DNA of 64,000 nucleotides, from positions 19,912-83,911 of the forward strand of contig JBNKVM010000074.1 of NCBI GenBank assembly GCA_050299175.1, given 5' to 3'. A program made the position numbers and the translations under genes. Source of the DNA: Thiohalomonadaceae bacterium (GTDB lineage: Bacteria > Pseudomonadota > Gammaproteobacteria > Thiohalomonadales > Thiohalomonadaceae). Below the pieces are notes generated by a model that saw only the letters and a list, made by a program, of their open reading frames with translations, was not told the origin of the DNA and did not search any database. Positions within the stretch are counted from its first letter, which is position 1; the number at the start of each line of letters is the position of its first letter. Shown here in pieces: positions 19,896-30,062 of the stretch.

Positions 19896-20222
19896 CTAAC
19901 TCCAGATATCAGCGGGGGCCAGCAGACGTTCCACCGGCTCACCACCAAGCAGATGTTTTTCGATGATTTCGTTGACGTCTTCCTTTTTCACGCCCGTGTA
20001 CATCACACCTTCCGGATAGACCAGCAGGTTCGGTCCCAGATCACATGGACCCAGACAACCACTGCTGGTCACGGCGATCCTGCCGAACAGGCCTCGTTTT
20101 TCCATTTCTGCCCAGAAGGTCTCCCCTACTGCAGCACAACCTTTCTCACTGCATGAGCCGCGCGGATGACCGGGCGGACGTCCCTGAGTGCATACAAAAA
20201 CGTGTTTTTCGGGTTTAGCCAT
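19896..20222 (-). CDS. thioredoxin-like [2Fe-2S] ferredoxin
   Basis: MAKPEKHVFVCT...GSC...GCLGPCDLGPN shows the four-Cys pattern. The ATG at 20222 is preceded by AAGGAG. Confidence 0.75.
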   Translation of the reverse strand: MAKPEKHVFVCTQGRPPGHPRGSCSEKGCAAVGETFWAEMEKRGLFGRIAVTSSGCLGPCDLGPNLLVYPEGVMYTGVKKEDVNEIIEKHLLGGEPVERLLAPADIWS

Positions 20223-20232
20223 CAAAATCTCC

Positions 20233-20529
20233 TTAAGCTGCCGCTGGTTCGTGAACGTGGCAGTTTTTCGGACAGACTTTTGAACAGGCCATGCAACCGA
20301 TACAGTCCATGGCATCAGCAACGGTCATCACCATTGCTACGTCATCGTCAAAATCGTCATCGTCGTCCATATCATCATCGAGTTCACGTTCAACCAGATC
20401 GAAAACGGTACGCGGGCAGACTTTGAAACAACGTCCACAACCGATACAGTTTGCCTGTTTCACCTCGATAATGAATTGCGGTGTCCAACTAGTACCGCCA
20501 CGAGTTACGCCAGTTATCATTTCACTCAT
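20233..20529 (-). CDS. fdxB: nif-specific ferredoxin III (2x[4Fe-4S]) with an acidic insert
   Basis: CIGCGRCFKVCP ... DDDMDDDDDFDDD ... CIGCMACSKVCP. Confidence 0.8.
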   Translation of the reverse strand: MSEMITGVTRGGTSWTPQFIIEVKQANCIGCGRCFKVCPRTVFDLVERELDDDMDDDDDFDDDVAMVMTVADAMDCIGCMACSKVCPKNCHVHEPAAA

Positions 20530-20561
20530 GCTTACATCCTCAAGTAATAATAAAAAACGTT

Positions 20562-20768
20562 TTAACCTTTTGCTGCCTTGAGGCGCTTATTGGCCTCTTC
20601 CCAGGCTTTACATGCATCGACCGTACTCTGCGCCAGTTCAGGTAATTCGTGATAACCCGCCGGAATACGCTCTTCCACCAGATCGTGCACCTGCCCCGCC
20701 CATTCGCTGGCGATCCGCTTCAGTTTCTTGACCTCTTTCTCCAGTGCCTGAATCTCTTCGTCTGTCAT
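20562..20768 (-). CDS. small nif-cluster helical protein (DUF683 / CCE_0567-like)
   Basis: 68 aa, helical, and positioned after the DUF269-like gene as in other nif clusters. Confidence 0.6.
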   Translation of the reverse strand: MTDEEIQALEKEVKKLKRIASEWAGQVHDLVEERIPAGYHELPELAQSTVDACKAWEEANKRLKAAKG

Positions 20769-20770
20769 GA

Positions 20771-21238
20771 TTAAAGTCCTGCTACGGTTGAGTGCTCGCC
20801 CACCAGTTCAAGGGCAATAGAAAGAATCTTGTCCGCCTCGTCCTTCATTTTCGACAGGCTGGCAAAACCGAATCGATGTACATCGCGCAGGGAGCGGTCA
20901 TGCACCACCAATTTGCCGACGGTGATAATGACACGTCCGAAACCTTCGTGGGTCAGATGCAAAAGCGGCACAGCCATCTTGCCGCATTCGCTTTCAATAA
21001 GGATAGAGATGGCATTGTAGTAAGCCTTCATGCGTGCGATCACGATTTCATCAGGGTCACCGATTACCGGCAGTTCACGCTTGCGTTCCTTGGTCAAGAC
21101 GAAAGGGTCGAGTATCTCCGCAGCACCCATTCCATCAAAGGTGTCATAGGTATCGATGGCACGCATCTGCTTGACCATTTCCTGCATAAAAACTGTTTCC
21201 AGTACCGGATCGTCCTGTGCTACTACCATATCGTTCAT
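20771..21238 (-). CDS. NifX-associated nitrogen fixation protein (DUF269)
   Basis: 155 aa immediately downstream of nifX, with the HEGFGRV.I.VG.LVV motif. Confidence 0.75.
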   Translation of the reverse strand: MNDMVVAQDDPVLETVFMQEMVKQMRAIDTYDTFDGMGAAEILDPFVLTKERKRELPVIGDPDEIVIARMKAYYNAISILIESECGKMAVPLLHLTHEGFGRVIITVGKLVVHDRSLRDVHRFGFASLSKMKDEADKILSIALELVGEHSTVAGL

Positions 21239-21283
21239 CGTTCTACCCTCTTTTCAAAATGTATCGGCACAATAAAGTACCCT

Positions 21284-21718
21284 TTACTCGCACCACTCTT
21301 CCTCTTCCATGGCATCGAAGCGTTTCTCACTTTTCTCTTCACGCGCACTCAATGCGCGAGCCAACCAGCCGCCAGGACCTTCCGTTAGCTCATGTTGTAA
21401 TTCCTTAAGCGTGGCGTTGATCTGCGTACCGTGTGCCACCTTCATCGGTTGAATCTTCAGCGACATCAACTGGCGCACTGCCGACGGCCCAACCGCCAGA
21501 CAGTAGACCGCGACACAACCATCCAGCACCACAAATTTTTCCAGCAGCTTGCTTTCGTTACCGTCCTGCTCCAGTGAGCCGAATTCGGAAACTTCCAGCA
21601 GGGTGATCTCTTCAGGTGTCACCTGATAAATAGCGAAGCGTTCGGCAGAACCGAAGTGCTGATCGACCTTCTTGAGATCTGAGCTGGCGAAGGCAACCTT
21701 GAAACCCGATTTATCCAT
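21284..21718 (-). CDS. nifX: FeMo-cofactor biosynthesis protein NifX
   Basis: FKVAFASSDLKKVDQHFGSAERFAIYQV. The ATG at 21718 has a GGGAGG SD just after the nifN stop. Confidence 0.85.
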   Translation of the reverse strand: MDKSGFKVAFASSDLKKVDQHFGSAERFAIYQVTPEEITLLEVSEFGSLEQDGNESKLLEKFVVLDGCVAVYCLAVGPSAVRQLMSLKIQPMKVAHGTQINATLKELQHELTEGPGGWLARALSAREEKSEKRFDAMEEEEWCE

Positions 21719-21737
21719 CGTCGTCCCTCCCAACTGT

Positions 21738-23159
21738 TCAGTGCGTAGCAGCTTCAACTGGCGCTGTATTGCCATCATTGCCTCCTTGCCACTCATCACG
21801 TTTTTGCGACAGCGGCGAGCGATGCGGTTTAATCTCATGCTCGGCATGGTGTTGCAGCATCAGATTGGCCAGGTCATACAGCGCCTGACGGGTACCGCGA
21901 TAACCGATCCAGGTGCGTTGATAACCACCGACCAGATCGTATTGCGGGAAACCGGCGCGCTGTAGCGGCAGATGCAAACGCTCAGCAGCAGCGGCGCAGT
22001 GAGAGTTACCGATCAACATCTCGGCCTGATTCTCCCTCGCCTGCTTTTCCAGCTCTTCCAGATCGCCGATCTTCACCGCTGCCAACGGCAGCGGTTCCAG
22101 CGCGGGACCACGGGTACTGGTCACGGCCCCGACGACTTCCATACCGATTCCCTGAACCAGTTTGGCCCAGGCCAACAGTTCATCCGGTTCTCCGGCAAGA
22201 CCGACACGTCGCAGACCGAGCATAAAGTGACAGTCGAGCATCGCATCCTGTAACTGCGAGCGGTGACGGTTCAGCTTTGCCGGAACGGGACGCTCGGCCA
22301 GTTTGCTCAGGGCGTAGATAAATTCATCCACCGCCTCAAGTCCCAGCAGCGAGTCAAAACAGTGGACCGGCACTCCGGTTTTCTCCTGCAGCATCTCTGC
22401 GGCTTTATAGACGGAAGGGCCAATGGCTAGCGTGGCAATAGAATCCCCCATCAATGCGATTTCACTCAGTGGTGTGCCGCCGATGGTCAGCGGATTGCTG
22501 TCGCTATCGGTGAGGTGACCATCGAGGGAATCGGAAATATCGGGCAGCAGCAGCGGACGAAGTTCGAACGCTTCCAGCAACTCTTTCAGGGTTTCCAGAT
22601 CGCCCGGCGTCAGTGCAGAGCTGGCCAGCACGTTAACCTGACGCTGGCGGCGCCCCGGTACGGTGCCCGCCTCTTCCGCACTCGGCACCAGCACCTTAAC
22701 CATCGATTCCAACGCGGCGGAAAAACCACCCTCCAGACTGGAGACATAGTCAGGACTGTTGACCGGCACCACGGCGGTTTTTTCAAACTGTGGATACTTG
22801 GCACGAAACTCTTTAATCGCACGCAGGATGTCGGTGCCCTGGGTTTCGGAAAGTCCGGTGGTGACCAGACCGATCACTTCCGGTGAGTTCTTTTCGCAAA
22901 TGATTTTCAAGCCTTCGATAATATTTTCATCGGCACCCATCACCGTACTCACCTGTTCCATTGCCGTCGTCTGCAACGGGATCGGTTCACGGAAGTGGCG
23001 CACAAACATTACCTTGGCGAAGGCGGTGCAGCCCTGTGAGCCGTGCATCATCGGGATGGCACGATTAAGGCCGAGGATCGCCAGTGAGGCACCCAACGGC
23101 TGGGAAGTTTTGAGTGGGCTGACGCTGAGCGCCTTGTTGCGTTTGATGATCTCAGCCAT
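21738..23159 (-). CDS. nifN: nitrogenase FeMo-cofactor biosynthesis scaffold NifN
   Basis: [24 protein letters not shown]...[10 protein letters not shown]. The start overlaps the nifE stop by 8 nt. Confidence 0.9.
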   Translation of the reverse strand: MAEIIKRNKALSVSPLKTSQPLGASLAILGLNRAIPMMHGSQGCTAFAKVMFVRHFREPIPLQTTAMEQVSTVMGADENIIEGLKIICEKNSPEVIGLVTTGLSETQGTDILRAIKEFRAKYPQFEKTAVVPVNSPDYVSSLEGGFSAALESMVKVLVPSAEEAGTVPGRRQRQVNVLASSALTPGDLETLKELLEAFELRPLLLPDISDSLDGHLTDSDSNPLTIGGTPLSEIALMGDSIATLAIGPSVYKAAEMLQEKTGVPVHCFDSLLGLEAVDEFIYALSKLAERPVPAKLNRHRSQLQDAMLDCHFMLGLRRVGLAGEPDELLAWAKLVQGIGMEVVGAVTSTRGPALEPLPLAAVKIGDLEELEKQARENQAEMLIGNSHCAAAAERLHLPLQRAGFPQYDLVGGYQRTWIGYRGTRQALYDLANLMLQHHAEHEIKPHRSPLSQKRDEWQGGNDGNTAPVEAATH

Positions 23160-24537
23160 GACTTTTCTCCCATGGTGCGGGACGGCGTAAAGCCTCCCAG
23201 ATCGGATTTTCAATGGACTGAGCTAACTGACGCGCCAGTTCCAGCATACCGTCGTAACCGGCGTAGCCGAACTCGCGCTCCTGATTGATATCGAGAAAGG
23301 GAATACGCGCCTTGAGCGCGGTGTACATGTTGCGACCACCGGCGATCAACAGGTCGGCCTTGTAGTGGTAAACCGTGTCGAGCAGAGCGCGCGGACTGCC
23401 GTCGTCAAGCATCAATGCCTCTTCACCCATCAGTTCACGGATGCGCGCCTTATCTTCCTCGGTGGACTTCTTGGTGCCGGTAGCGACCACCTCCATGCCG
23501 AGGTCCTGCAGCGCTGAGATCACCGACCAGGATTTCACCCCACCGGTATAGAGCAGTGCACGCTTGCCACGCAGACGTTCGCGCCACGACTCCAGCAGCA
23601 CGTCGATACGTGCCTCCTGGTGTTGGATCAGAGCCTCGGTACGGGCCGTCAGATCCGCATCGCCGAGCAGTTTGGCAAACTGGCGCAGGGCATCGGAGGT
23701 ATCACGGATACCGTAGAAACTACCTTCGAACCAGGGGGTGCCGTACTTGTCTTCCAGCTTACGAGCGACGTTCACCATCGCCTTGGAGCAGACCATCATG
23801 TTGGCCTTGCTGCGGTGCATGGTCTGGATCTCGTGGAAGCGTGAGTCACCGGACAGGGTGCCCAGCACGCGCAGACCCAGTTCATCGAATAACGGGGTCA
23901 CGTTCCACAGCTCACCAGCGATGTTGTACTCACCGACCATGGCAATATCGTGAATGGTAATGCCCCGCTCCAACGCCTCGGGCGGCAGCGGATCCGGCTC
24001 GCGGGTACCGATGACGTGTTTGACCATCGCCTCACCGGCAATGCGGTTGCCGAGATTCTTGGTGCCGTAGAAACCGGCGCCATCGACGGGGACTACCGGT
24101 ACGCCCCACTTCTCAGTCGCCGCTTTGCATACTGCATCGACGTCATCACCGATCAGCGCCGGGACGCAGGTGTTGTAGACGAAGACCGCCGCAGGGGAAT
24201 AGCCGTCGATGGCCTGCTTGATGGAGTGGAACAGACGCTTCTCGCCGCGTCCCATGATCACGTCCTGCTCGGTCAGGTCGGTGGTCATGCCGATTTTGTA
24301 GAGGCTTGGGCCGGATGAGCGGGTACCACGGTTATCCCAGGAGGAACCGGCACAGGCAATAGGACCATGGACGATATGCGCCACGTCGGCGATGGGTAGC
24401 AATGCGATCTGCGCACCGTCGAAGGCACAGCCCCCGGCAGTGGCACCTGGCTTGGGCTTGGCACAGCCGGACTTCGATTTCTTGTTGTGGGCGCAGGCCG
24501 GTTCATCCAGCAGGGCGGCAATATCTTTAGGCTGCAT
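23152..24537 (-). CDS. nifE: nitrogenase FeMo-cofactor biosynthesis scaffold NifE
   Basis: ...GCAFDGA...VHGPIACAG... NifD-like fold in a 461-aa protein directly upstream of nifN. Confidence 0.9.
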   Translation of the reverse strand: MQPKDIAALLDEPACAHNKKSKSGCAKPKPGATAGGCAFDGAQIALLPIADVAHIVHGPIACAGSSWDNRGTRSSGPSLYKIGMTTDLTEQDVIMGRGEKRLFHSIKQAIDGYSPAAVFVYNTCVPALIGDDVDAVCKAATEKWGVPVVPVDGAGFYGTKNLGNRIAGEAMVKHVIGTREPDPLPPEALERGITIHDIAMVGEYNIAGELWNVTPLFDELGLRVLGTLSGDSRFHEIQTMHRSKANMMVCSKAMVNVARKLEDKYGTPWFEGSFYGIRDTSDALRQFAKLLGDADLTARTEALIQHQEARIDVLLESWRERLRGKRALLYTGGVKSWSVISALQDLGMEVVATGTKKSTEEDKARIRELMGEEALMLDDGSPRALLDTVYHYKADLLIAGGRNMYTALKARIPFLDINQEREFGYAGYDGMLELARQLAQSIENPIWEALRRPAPWEKSHG

Positions 24538-24576
24538 AGCGACACCACTCTCGATAGATTCTGTTGCCTATCCTTC

Positions 24577-24592
24577 TGCAACCGCCGTGCCA
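24577..24592 (-). promoter_or_regulatory. sigma-54 (-24/-12) promoter of nifENX
   Basis: The minus strand reads TGGCAC-GGCGG-TTGCA, a perfect consensus, about 40 nt upstream of the nifE ATG. Confidence 0.8.
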
Positions 24593-24636
24593 CCATCTAT
24601 CACATTGATTTATATAACTTTGTCGCGTTGTCACAT

Positions 24637-24652
24637 TGTCGCAATTGCGACA
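24637..24652. promoter_or_regulatory. NifA upstream activator sequence (TGT-N10-ACA)
   Basis: TGTCGCAATTGCGACA is a perfect palindrome centred about 80 nt upstream of the predicted nifE transcription start. An AT-rich stretch lies between it and the promoter. Confidence 0.7.
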
Positions 24653-24757
24653 ATACCGGACATTGCCGACGACATCACACACTCACTCTGCGATGTCCCA
24701 GTATTGGACTACACTTTTTGCTTCAGCGGCAGACAAACAGGCGGGAGGCCTTCGTCC

Positions 24758-25930
24758 ATGAGTCCGCGCAACGCATCCTCATTACATTTCTCCAATCAAA
24801 CGACCGCCTTCCCTTCTCCCCCTGCAGTGCTGGAGAAGTTGGTCAATGAAGCAGGAATACGCTTCAACGGTGATTCGCCGTGGGATATCCAGATTCACGA
24901 TGCGGAAACTTACCGGCGCATCCTCAGCCAGGGATCGCTCGGTTTCGGCGAAGCCTACATGGACGGACTATGGGACTGCGAACAGCTGGATGAGCTATTC
25001 CACCGCCTGCTTGCATTTGACATCAACGACAAGATACGTGGCCTGACCCGGCTGCGCTTCTTCGGAGAAATCCTGAAGCACAATCTGTTCAACCTGCAAT
25101 CTGCTCGCCGTGCATTCCAGGTAGGGGAGAAGCACTACGACATCGGTAACGACGTCTTCGAAGCGATGCTTGACCCCAGCATGAGCTACTCCTGTGCTTA
25201 CTGGACCAATGCCGACAACCTGGAACAGGCGCAGTACAATAAGCTCGACCTGATCTGCCGCAAGCTGGAGTTGCGCCCCGGCGACCACCTGCTCGATATC
25301 GGTTGTGGCTGGGGCAGCATGGCACGCCATGCGGCAGAGCACTACGGCGTCAGAGTTACCGGCATCACCATCTCCCGAAAACAGCAGAAGCTGGCACAGC
25401 AACGCTGCCGCGATCTACCGGTCACCATCGAACTGATGGACTATCGCAAGATGGAGGGACGTTTCGACAAAATCGTCTCTGTCGGTATGTTCGAGCACGT
25501 GGGTCCGAAGAATTACCCGGTCTACTTCAACAAGGCATACAAACTGCTGGAGGATCACGGCCTTTTCCTGCTACACACCATCGGTGACTACGCGACTTCG
25601 CATGGCACTGATCCCTGGATTGATCGCTATATCTTCCCCAACGGCAAACTCCCTTCGGCGCTCCAACTCACCGCATCGCTGGAGAAACGATTCCTGATCG
25701 AAGACTGGCACAATTTCGGCCCTGATTATGACCTGACCCTGATGGCCTGGTGGCGCAACTTCGACGCTGCCTGGGGTGAACTGAAACAACGCTACGATCA
25801 GCGTTTCTATCGTATGTGGAGATACTATCTGATGTGCTGTGCGGGAATGTTTCGTGCCAAGCAGGGCCAACTCTGGCAACTGGTACTAAGCAAACGCAGT
25901 CGCCCCGGAGTCTACCGTTCCGTACGCTGA
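24758..25930 (+). CDS. cfa: cyclopropane-fatty-acyl-phospholipid synthase
   Basis: LLDIGCGWGSMARHAAEHYGVRVTGITIS... The ATG at 24758 has a GGGAGG SD. The 5' part of ORF 24392..25930 overlaps nifE and its promoter, so I discarded it. Confidence 0.85.
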   Translation: MSPRNASSLHFSNQTTAFPSPPAVLEKLVNEAGIRFNGDSPWDIQIHDAETYRRILSQGSLGFGEAYMDGLWDCEQLDELFHRLLAFDINDKIRGLTRLRFFGEILKHNLFNLQSARRAFQVGEKHYDIGNDVFEAMLDPSMSYSCAYWTNADNLEQAQYNKLDLICRKLELRPGDHLLDIGCGWGSMARHAAEHYGVRVTGITISRKQQKLAQQRCRDLPVTIELMDYRKMEGRFDKIVSVGMFEHVGPKNYPVYFNKAYKLLEDHGLFLLHTIGDYATSHGTDPWIDRYIFPNGKLPSALQLTASLEKRFLIEDWHNFGPDYDLTLMAWWRNFDAAWGELKQRYDQRFYRMWRYYLMCCAGMFRAKQGQLWQLVLSKRSRPGVYRSVR

Positions 25931-25975
25931 AAATGACGGTTGCAGGCATCGCGCGCCGGTGTTCCAATACTGTCC

Positions 25976-26674
25976 ATGCGTATCCACTATCTACAACATG
26001 TCCCTTTCGAGGGGCTCGGCAGTATCGAAAGCTGGGCGTTAAACCACGGCCATACCCTCACAGCAACCCGCCTCTATGCCGGTGAGCAATTGCCGACTCT
26101 GGACCGTTTTGATCTCCTGGTGATTCTGGGTGGCCCAATGAGCGTCCACGACGAAGCGGAATATGTCTGGCTCAAGGCGGAAAAATGGTTTGTACGTCAG
26201 GTCGTTGAAGCAAAAAAACCAACCCTGGGCATCTGCCTCGGGGCACAGCTGCTGGCAGAAGTACTTGGTGCCAAGGTCACTCAGAACCACCATAAAGAGA
26301 TCGGCTGGCTCCCTATCACCCTGACGGATGCCTTTGCCGATGTGGAGCCGGGCCGTCGACTACCGCGCCAGGCCGAGGCATTCCACTGGCACGGAGAAAC
26401 CTTCTCCCTGCCCAAGGGGGCCATGCGCATCGCTTCCAGCGAAGCCTGTGAGAACCAGGGATTCATCTACGGTGGCCACATCATCGCCCTGCAATTCCAC
26501 CTGGAGATGACCCTGCTCGGTGCGGAAGAGCTGATCCTTCACTGTGGCGACGAACTGGTTCCCGACAAATACATCCAGCAGGAAGAGGATATCCTGCAGG
26601 AGACCCAACTCTACCAGCGGGCCAACCACATCATGCAGGCCTATCTTGAATACCTTATCCTGCACGTTCATTAA
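25976..26674 (+). CDS. class I glutamine amidotransferase-like protein
   Basis: Nucleophile elbow GICLGAQLLA and a distal His-x-Glu (FHLE). Confidence 0.7.
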   Translation: MRIHYLQHVPFEGLGSIESWALNHGHTLTATRLYAGEQLPTLDRFDLLVILGGPMSVHDEAEYVWLKAEKWFVRQVVEAKKPTLGICLGAQLLAEVLGAKVTQNHHKEIGWLPITLTDAFADVEPGRRLPRQAEAFHWHGETFSLPKGAMRIASSEACENQGFIYGGHIIALQFHLEMTLLGAEELILHCGDELVPDKYIQQEEDILQETQLYQRANHIMQAYLEYLILHVH

Positions 26675-26818
26675 TGCATTCAGGCGCATAAACACTTGCC
26701 CCGGCGCCATTTATTACCTAATTTTTATAGATGAGTTCCGCAGTTTTCCGTCAGTTGGCGCGGTCCTCAGTCGACACCCGGCTGTTTCGGGTAAAACCTG
26801 TGCTTCTGGAGGCAATAA

Positions 26819-27109
26819 ATGAAGAAAAGCCACATCCGTCTCGATCGTCGTAAACTGCTGCAGGGACTTGCCGCATTACCCGTTGTCACCCTGCTCGGCC
26901 ACTCCGGTCGCGCCGAGGCGGAGATGCTCAGTGTCGACGACCCCATTGCCAAAAACTTTCAGTATGTTGAAAAAAGCACCGTTGCCGGTCAAACCTGCTC
27001 CAACTGCAAACTCTATACCGGTGGTGCTGCCCCGACCGGTGGCTGCCCGCTGTTTGGCGCCAAACAGGTGGTTGCCGAGGGCTGGTGTAAGGCATGGGTA
27101 GCTAAATAA
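26819..27109 (+). CDS. hip: high-potential iron-sulfur protein (HiPIP) with a Tat signal
   Basis: Twin-arginine signal DRRKLLQGLAA. The HiPIP Cys pattern is C.NC...GGCPLF...WCKAW. Confidence 0.85.
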   Translation: MKKSHIRLDRRKLLQGLAALPVVTLLGHSGRAEAEMLSVDDPIAKNFQYVEKSTVAGQTCSNCKLYTGGAAPTGGCPLFGAKQVVAEGWCKAWVAK

Positions 27110-27132
27110 AACCCTAACCGACGGCAAATCTC

Positions 27133-27981
27133 ATGAATAAAAAATTCCAGTCCCTGCTGCTACTGGCGATGTTACTCGTCCCGACGCTGGGGATGAGTGA
27201 AGAGAGCCTGTTGATGGGCGTTTTTCCACGCCGCAGCGCCACTCTCACCTCACAATTTTTCTCACCCCTGGCGGAATATCTCAGTGAAAACTTGGGAAGA
27301 CCGGTCAAGCTGGTGACAGCCAAGGACTTCCCCACTTTCTGGGAGGGAGTGACGGAAAAACGCTACGACATCGTGCACTACAACCAGTACCACTACATCG
27401 AGTCCTCGCAGGACTACCAGGTGGTGGCCTGCAACCAGGAACAGGGACGGGACGTGATCGCTGGCGCGCTCTACGTTCGCAACGATAGTGGGATAGAAAA
27501 CATCGAACAGTTGCGTGGAAAAAACATCATTTTTGGCGGCGGCACCGACGCAATGATGAGCTATATCGTGCCCCGCTACCTGTTACTGAAAGGAGGTCTT
27601 GGCAAAGACGACTTCACCACCACCTTTGCCACCAATCCGCCCAACGCGGTACTAGCCGTCTTCTTCAAACAGGCCGATGCGGGTGGTGCAGGGGATGTGG
27701 TAATGAACCTGCCTGTCGTCACCAAGATCGCCAATAACAACGAACTGCGTTATCTTGCGGTGAGTGAACCGATCAAGCATCTGCCGTGGACCGTACGCAG
27801 GGATCTACCTGAGGCACTACGGCAAAAGATACGGGACTTAATGACGGGGTTGGGCGAAACTGAGCGTGGCAAAAGCATTCTCAAGGCAGCGCACGTCAAT
27901 GGCTTCAGCCCGGCAAATGACAGCGACTATGACAGTTCGCGAAGAATCATCAAGGATGTGATGCAGGAGCGCGGAGAATAA
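27133..27981 (+). CDS. periplasmic substrate-binding protein, PhnD-like (phosphonate/phosphite SBP family)
   Basis: Signal peptide, 282 aa, with an SBP-like pattern (LLMGVFPRRS...FGGGTDAMMSY). Confidence 0.6.
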   Translation: MNKKFQSLLLLAMLLVPTLGMSEESLLMGVFPRRSATLTSQFFSPLAEYLSENLGRPVKLVTAKDFPTFWEGVTEKRYDIVHYNQYHYIESSQDYQVVACNQEQGRDVIAGALYVRNDSGIENIEQLRGKNIIFGGGTDAMMSYIVPRYLLLKGGLGKDDFTTTFATNPPNAVLAVFFKQADAGGAGDVVMNLPVVTKIANNNELRYLAVSEPIKHLPWTVRRDLPEALRQKIRDLMTGLGETERGKSILKAAHVNGFSPANDSDYDSSRRIIKDVMQERGE

Positions 27982-27989
27982 CGGAAGCA

Positions 27990-30053
27990 ATGCGCGCAAG
28001 TTCCAGGCTGGGTGTTAAATTTGTTGTCCTGATCGTCGGTATTCTTTCACTGACGCTGGTCGTTAGCGCCTCCTGGTTTATGCAGCAGCAACAGAAACAG
28101 CTGCAGGAACAACTCATGGAGCGGGGCAAAATCATCGGGCATTTCCTCTCCCATGTCAGCGTCGAGGCGATTCTGGCTTATGATTTCGTCTCCCTCGAAA
28201 GCTATGTTAAAGATACGAATCGACGCCAGGACATCGTATTTAGCTTGATCCTGGATGAAAAAGAGGTGCCGCTGACCAGTTACATCAATAACGACAACCC
28301 ACAGGTGCGCTCTCTTGCTGAAGGCAATGAGTTCACCGATGTAAGTGAGCTGCTCCAGGCAGCACTGCAATCACCCTCCATCACCGTCGCCCGCTTCCCG
28401 ATAAAGAATCAGGATAAACTGTTGGGTCATGCAATTCTTGGCATCAGCAAGGAACGTATGGAACGCGAAGTACTGGACTACTTCTACACTCAACTCGTGA
28501 TCTACAGCGCCATTATTCTATTCCTCAGCCTGGCCATCTATCTGGTATTTCGTTTCAATGTTCTACATCCAATTCGCCATCTGATCAGCGGAGCAAAACG
28601 CATCGCAGATGGACACTATGAAGAACCGGTCAAAATTGTTTCCAACGACGAGATGGGCAGTCTGACTACCGCCTTTAACAGCATGATGAGCGAAGTACGC
28701 AAGGATCGCGAACTCCTCAATTTCCAGGCCAACTACGATGCACTGACCGGCCTGCCCAACCGGGTCCAGGCCATTGAACGACTCGGCAGCGAGATCGCCC
28801 GTGCACAACGTAGCAATCAAAGCTTTAGCGTCATCTTCATCGACCTCAATAACTTCAAGTATATTAACGACAGCATGGGACATATGGCTGGCGACAAACT
28901 TCTCGCCGCACTGGGCCAGCGTTTTCGTTCTGTGCTGCGTGAGTCCGATGTATTGGCGCGCCTGGGGGGAGATGAATTTCTTGTCATTTTGCCGACCGCC
29001 ACGCGCCCGACAGAAACGAAAGAAGTCGCACAGCGACTGATCTCCAGCCTGACAGACGCCATACTGATTAGCGATCGCGAGGTTTTTATCCGTTGCAGCA
29101 TGGGTATTGCGCTCTACCCCAACGATGGTAAGACCGCAGAAGAACTCATGGCGAATGCCGATAATGCCATGTACCAGTCGAAGCTATCCCGTACCGAAGA
29201 TATCAGCTTCTTCGAAGCCGAAATGAACAAGGCGATAAAAGAGCGACTGGAGCTGGAACACGACCTGCATCTGGCACTGGATCGTGAGCAGTTCGCCCTC
29301 TACTACCAACCGATTCTGGATGCTAAAACACAGCGTCCCGTCGGTGCCGAGGCTCTGTTACGTTGGCACCATCCAGAACGCGGACTCATCCATCCGCTCA
29401 CTTTTATTCCATTGGCAGAATCCACCGGGCGCATTGTTAATATCGGGCAGTGGGCACTTAACAATGCACTTCAGACAACACGACACCTGCTGGAACAGGG
29501 TCTCAATCCTGGTTTCATCACAGTGAACGTTTCCCGGGTACAACTGACTCGGGATTTTGAAGCCTTGGTGCAGCGGGCACTGGATGACGCCAACCTGCCA
29601 CCCAGCCGTCTGCGTATGGAAGTAACCGAAAGTGCGCTGATGGAACGCCACGGCGAGCTGCCGGATATGCTGCGCCGTCTCGACAATCTTGGCGTCAAGC
29701 TGGTGCTTGATGATTTCGGGACCGGCTTTTCGTCTCTTAACTACCTTAAGTATTTCCCCTTCCACACACTGAAAATCGACAAGAGCTTCATCGATAATGT
29801 GCCAGAGAGCGAGGACGACGCCTCGCTGGTCCGTGGCATCATCGCTATGGCCCGTAGTCTGGGTCTGAATGTGGTGAGTGAAGGTGTGGAAAGGGAAGAT
29901 CAGTACCGCTTCCTGGTCGGTTCAGGGGTCGACTCCATCCAGGGCTACCTGTTTGCCCGGCCGATGTCGCTGGAAGATTTCACCAACTATCTGCAGCAGT
30001 TCAAGAACGATACCACCATCACCGGTGCGACACCGGCAAAGCTCGTTCGCTAA
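27990..30053 (+). CDS. membrane sensor diguanylate cyclase/phosphodiesterase (periplasmic domain-TM-HAMP-GGDEF-EAL)
   Basis: GGDEFLVIL, EALLRW and DDFGTGFSSLNYL motifs, with two TM segments flanking a roughly 150-aa loop. Confidence 0.85.
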   Translation: MRASSRLGVKFVVLIVGILSLTLVVSASWFMQQQQKQLQEQLMERGKIIGHFLSHVSVEAILAYDFVSLESYVKDTNRRQDIVFSLILDEKEVPLTSYINNDNPQVRSLAEGNEFTDVSELLQAALQSPSITVARFPIKNQDKLLGHAILGISKERMEREVLDYFYTQLVIYSAIILFLSLAIYLVFRFNVLHPIRHLISGAKRIADGHYEEPVKIVSNDEMGSLTTAFNSMMSEVRKDRELLNFQANYDALTGLPNRVQAIERLGSEIARAQRSNQSFSVIFIDLNNFKYINDSMGHMAGDKLLAALGQRFRSVLRESDVLARLGGDEFLVILPTATRPTETKEVAQRLISSLTDAILISDREVFIRCSMGIALYPNDGKTAEELMANADNAMYQSKLSRTEDISFFEAEMNKAIKERLELEHDLHLALDREQFALYYQPILDAKTQRPVGAEALLRWHHPERGLIHPLTFIPLAESTGRIVNIGQWALNNALQTTRHLLEQGLNPGFITVNVSRVQLTRDFEALVQRALDDANLPPSRLRMEVTESALMERHGELPDMLRRLDNLGVKLVLDDFGTGFSSLNYLKYFPFHTLKIDKSFIDNVPESEDDASLVRGIIAMARSLGLNVVSEGVEREDQYRFLVGSGVDSIQGYLFARPMSLEDFTNYLQQFKNDTTITGATPAKLVR

Positions 30054-30062
30054 GCGGTTTGC

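Noticed and set aside
24705-24722. Sigma-54-like TGGACT...TTGCT on the plus strand upstream of cfa, which could have shared the nifE UAS
   Set aside because: The spacing between the GG and GC elements is 12 nt instead of the obligatory 10, so it is unlikely to be a functional -24/-12 promoter.
24392-24757. 5' extension of the cfa ORF (the 512-aa version)
   Set aside because: It overlaps the nifE 5' end and the nifE sigma-54 promoter and UAS. A well-placed GGGAGG-ATG at 24758 gives a protein of normal Cfa length.
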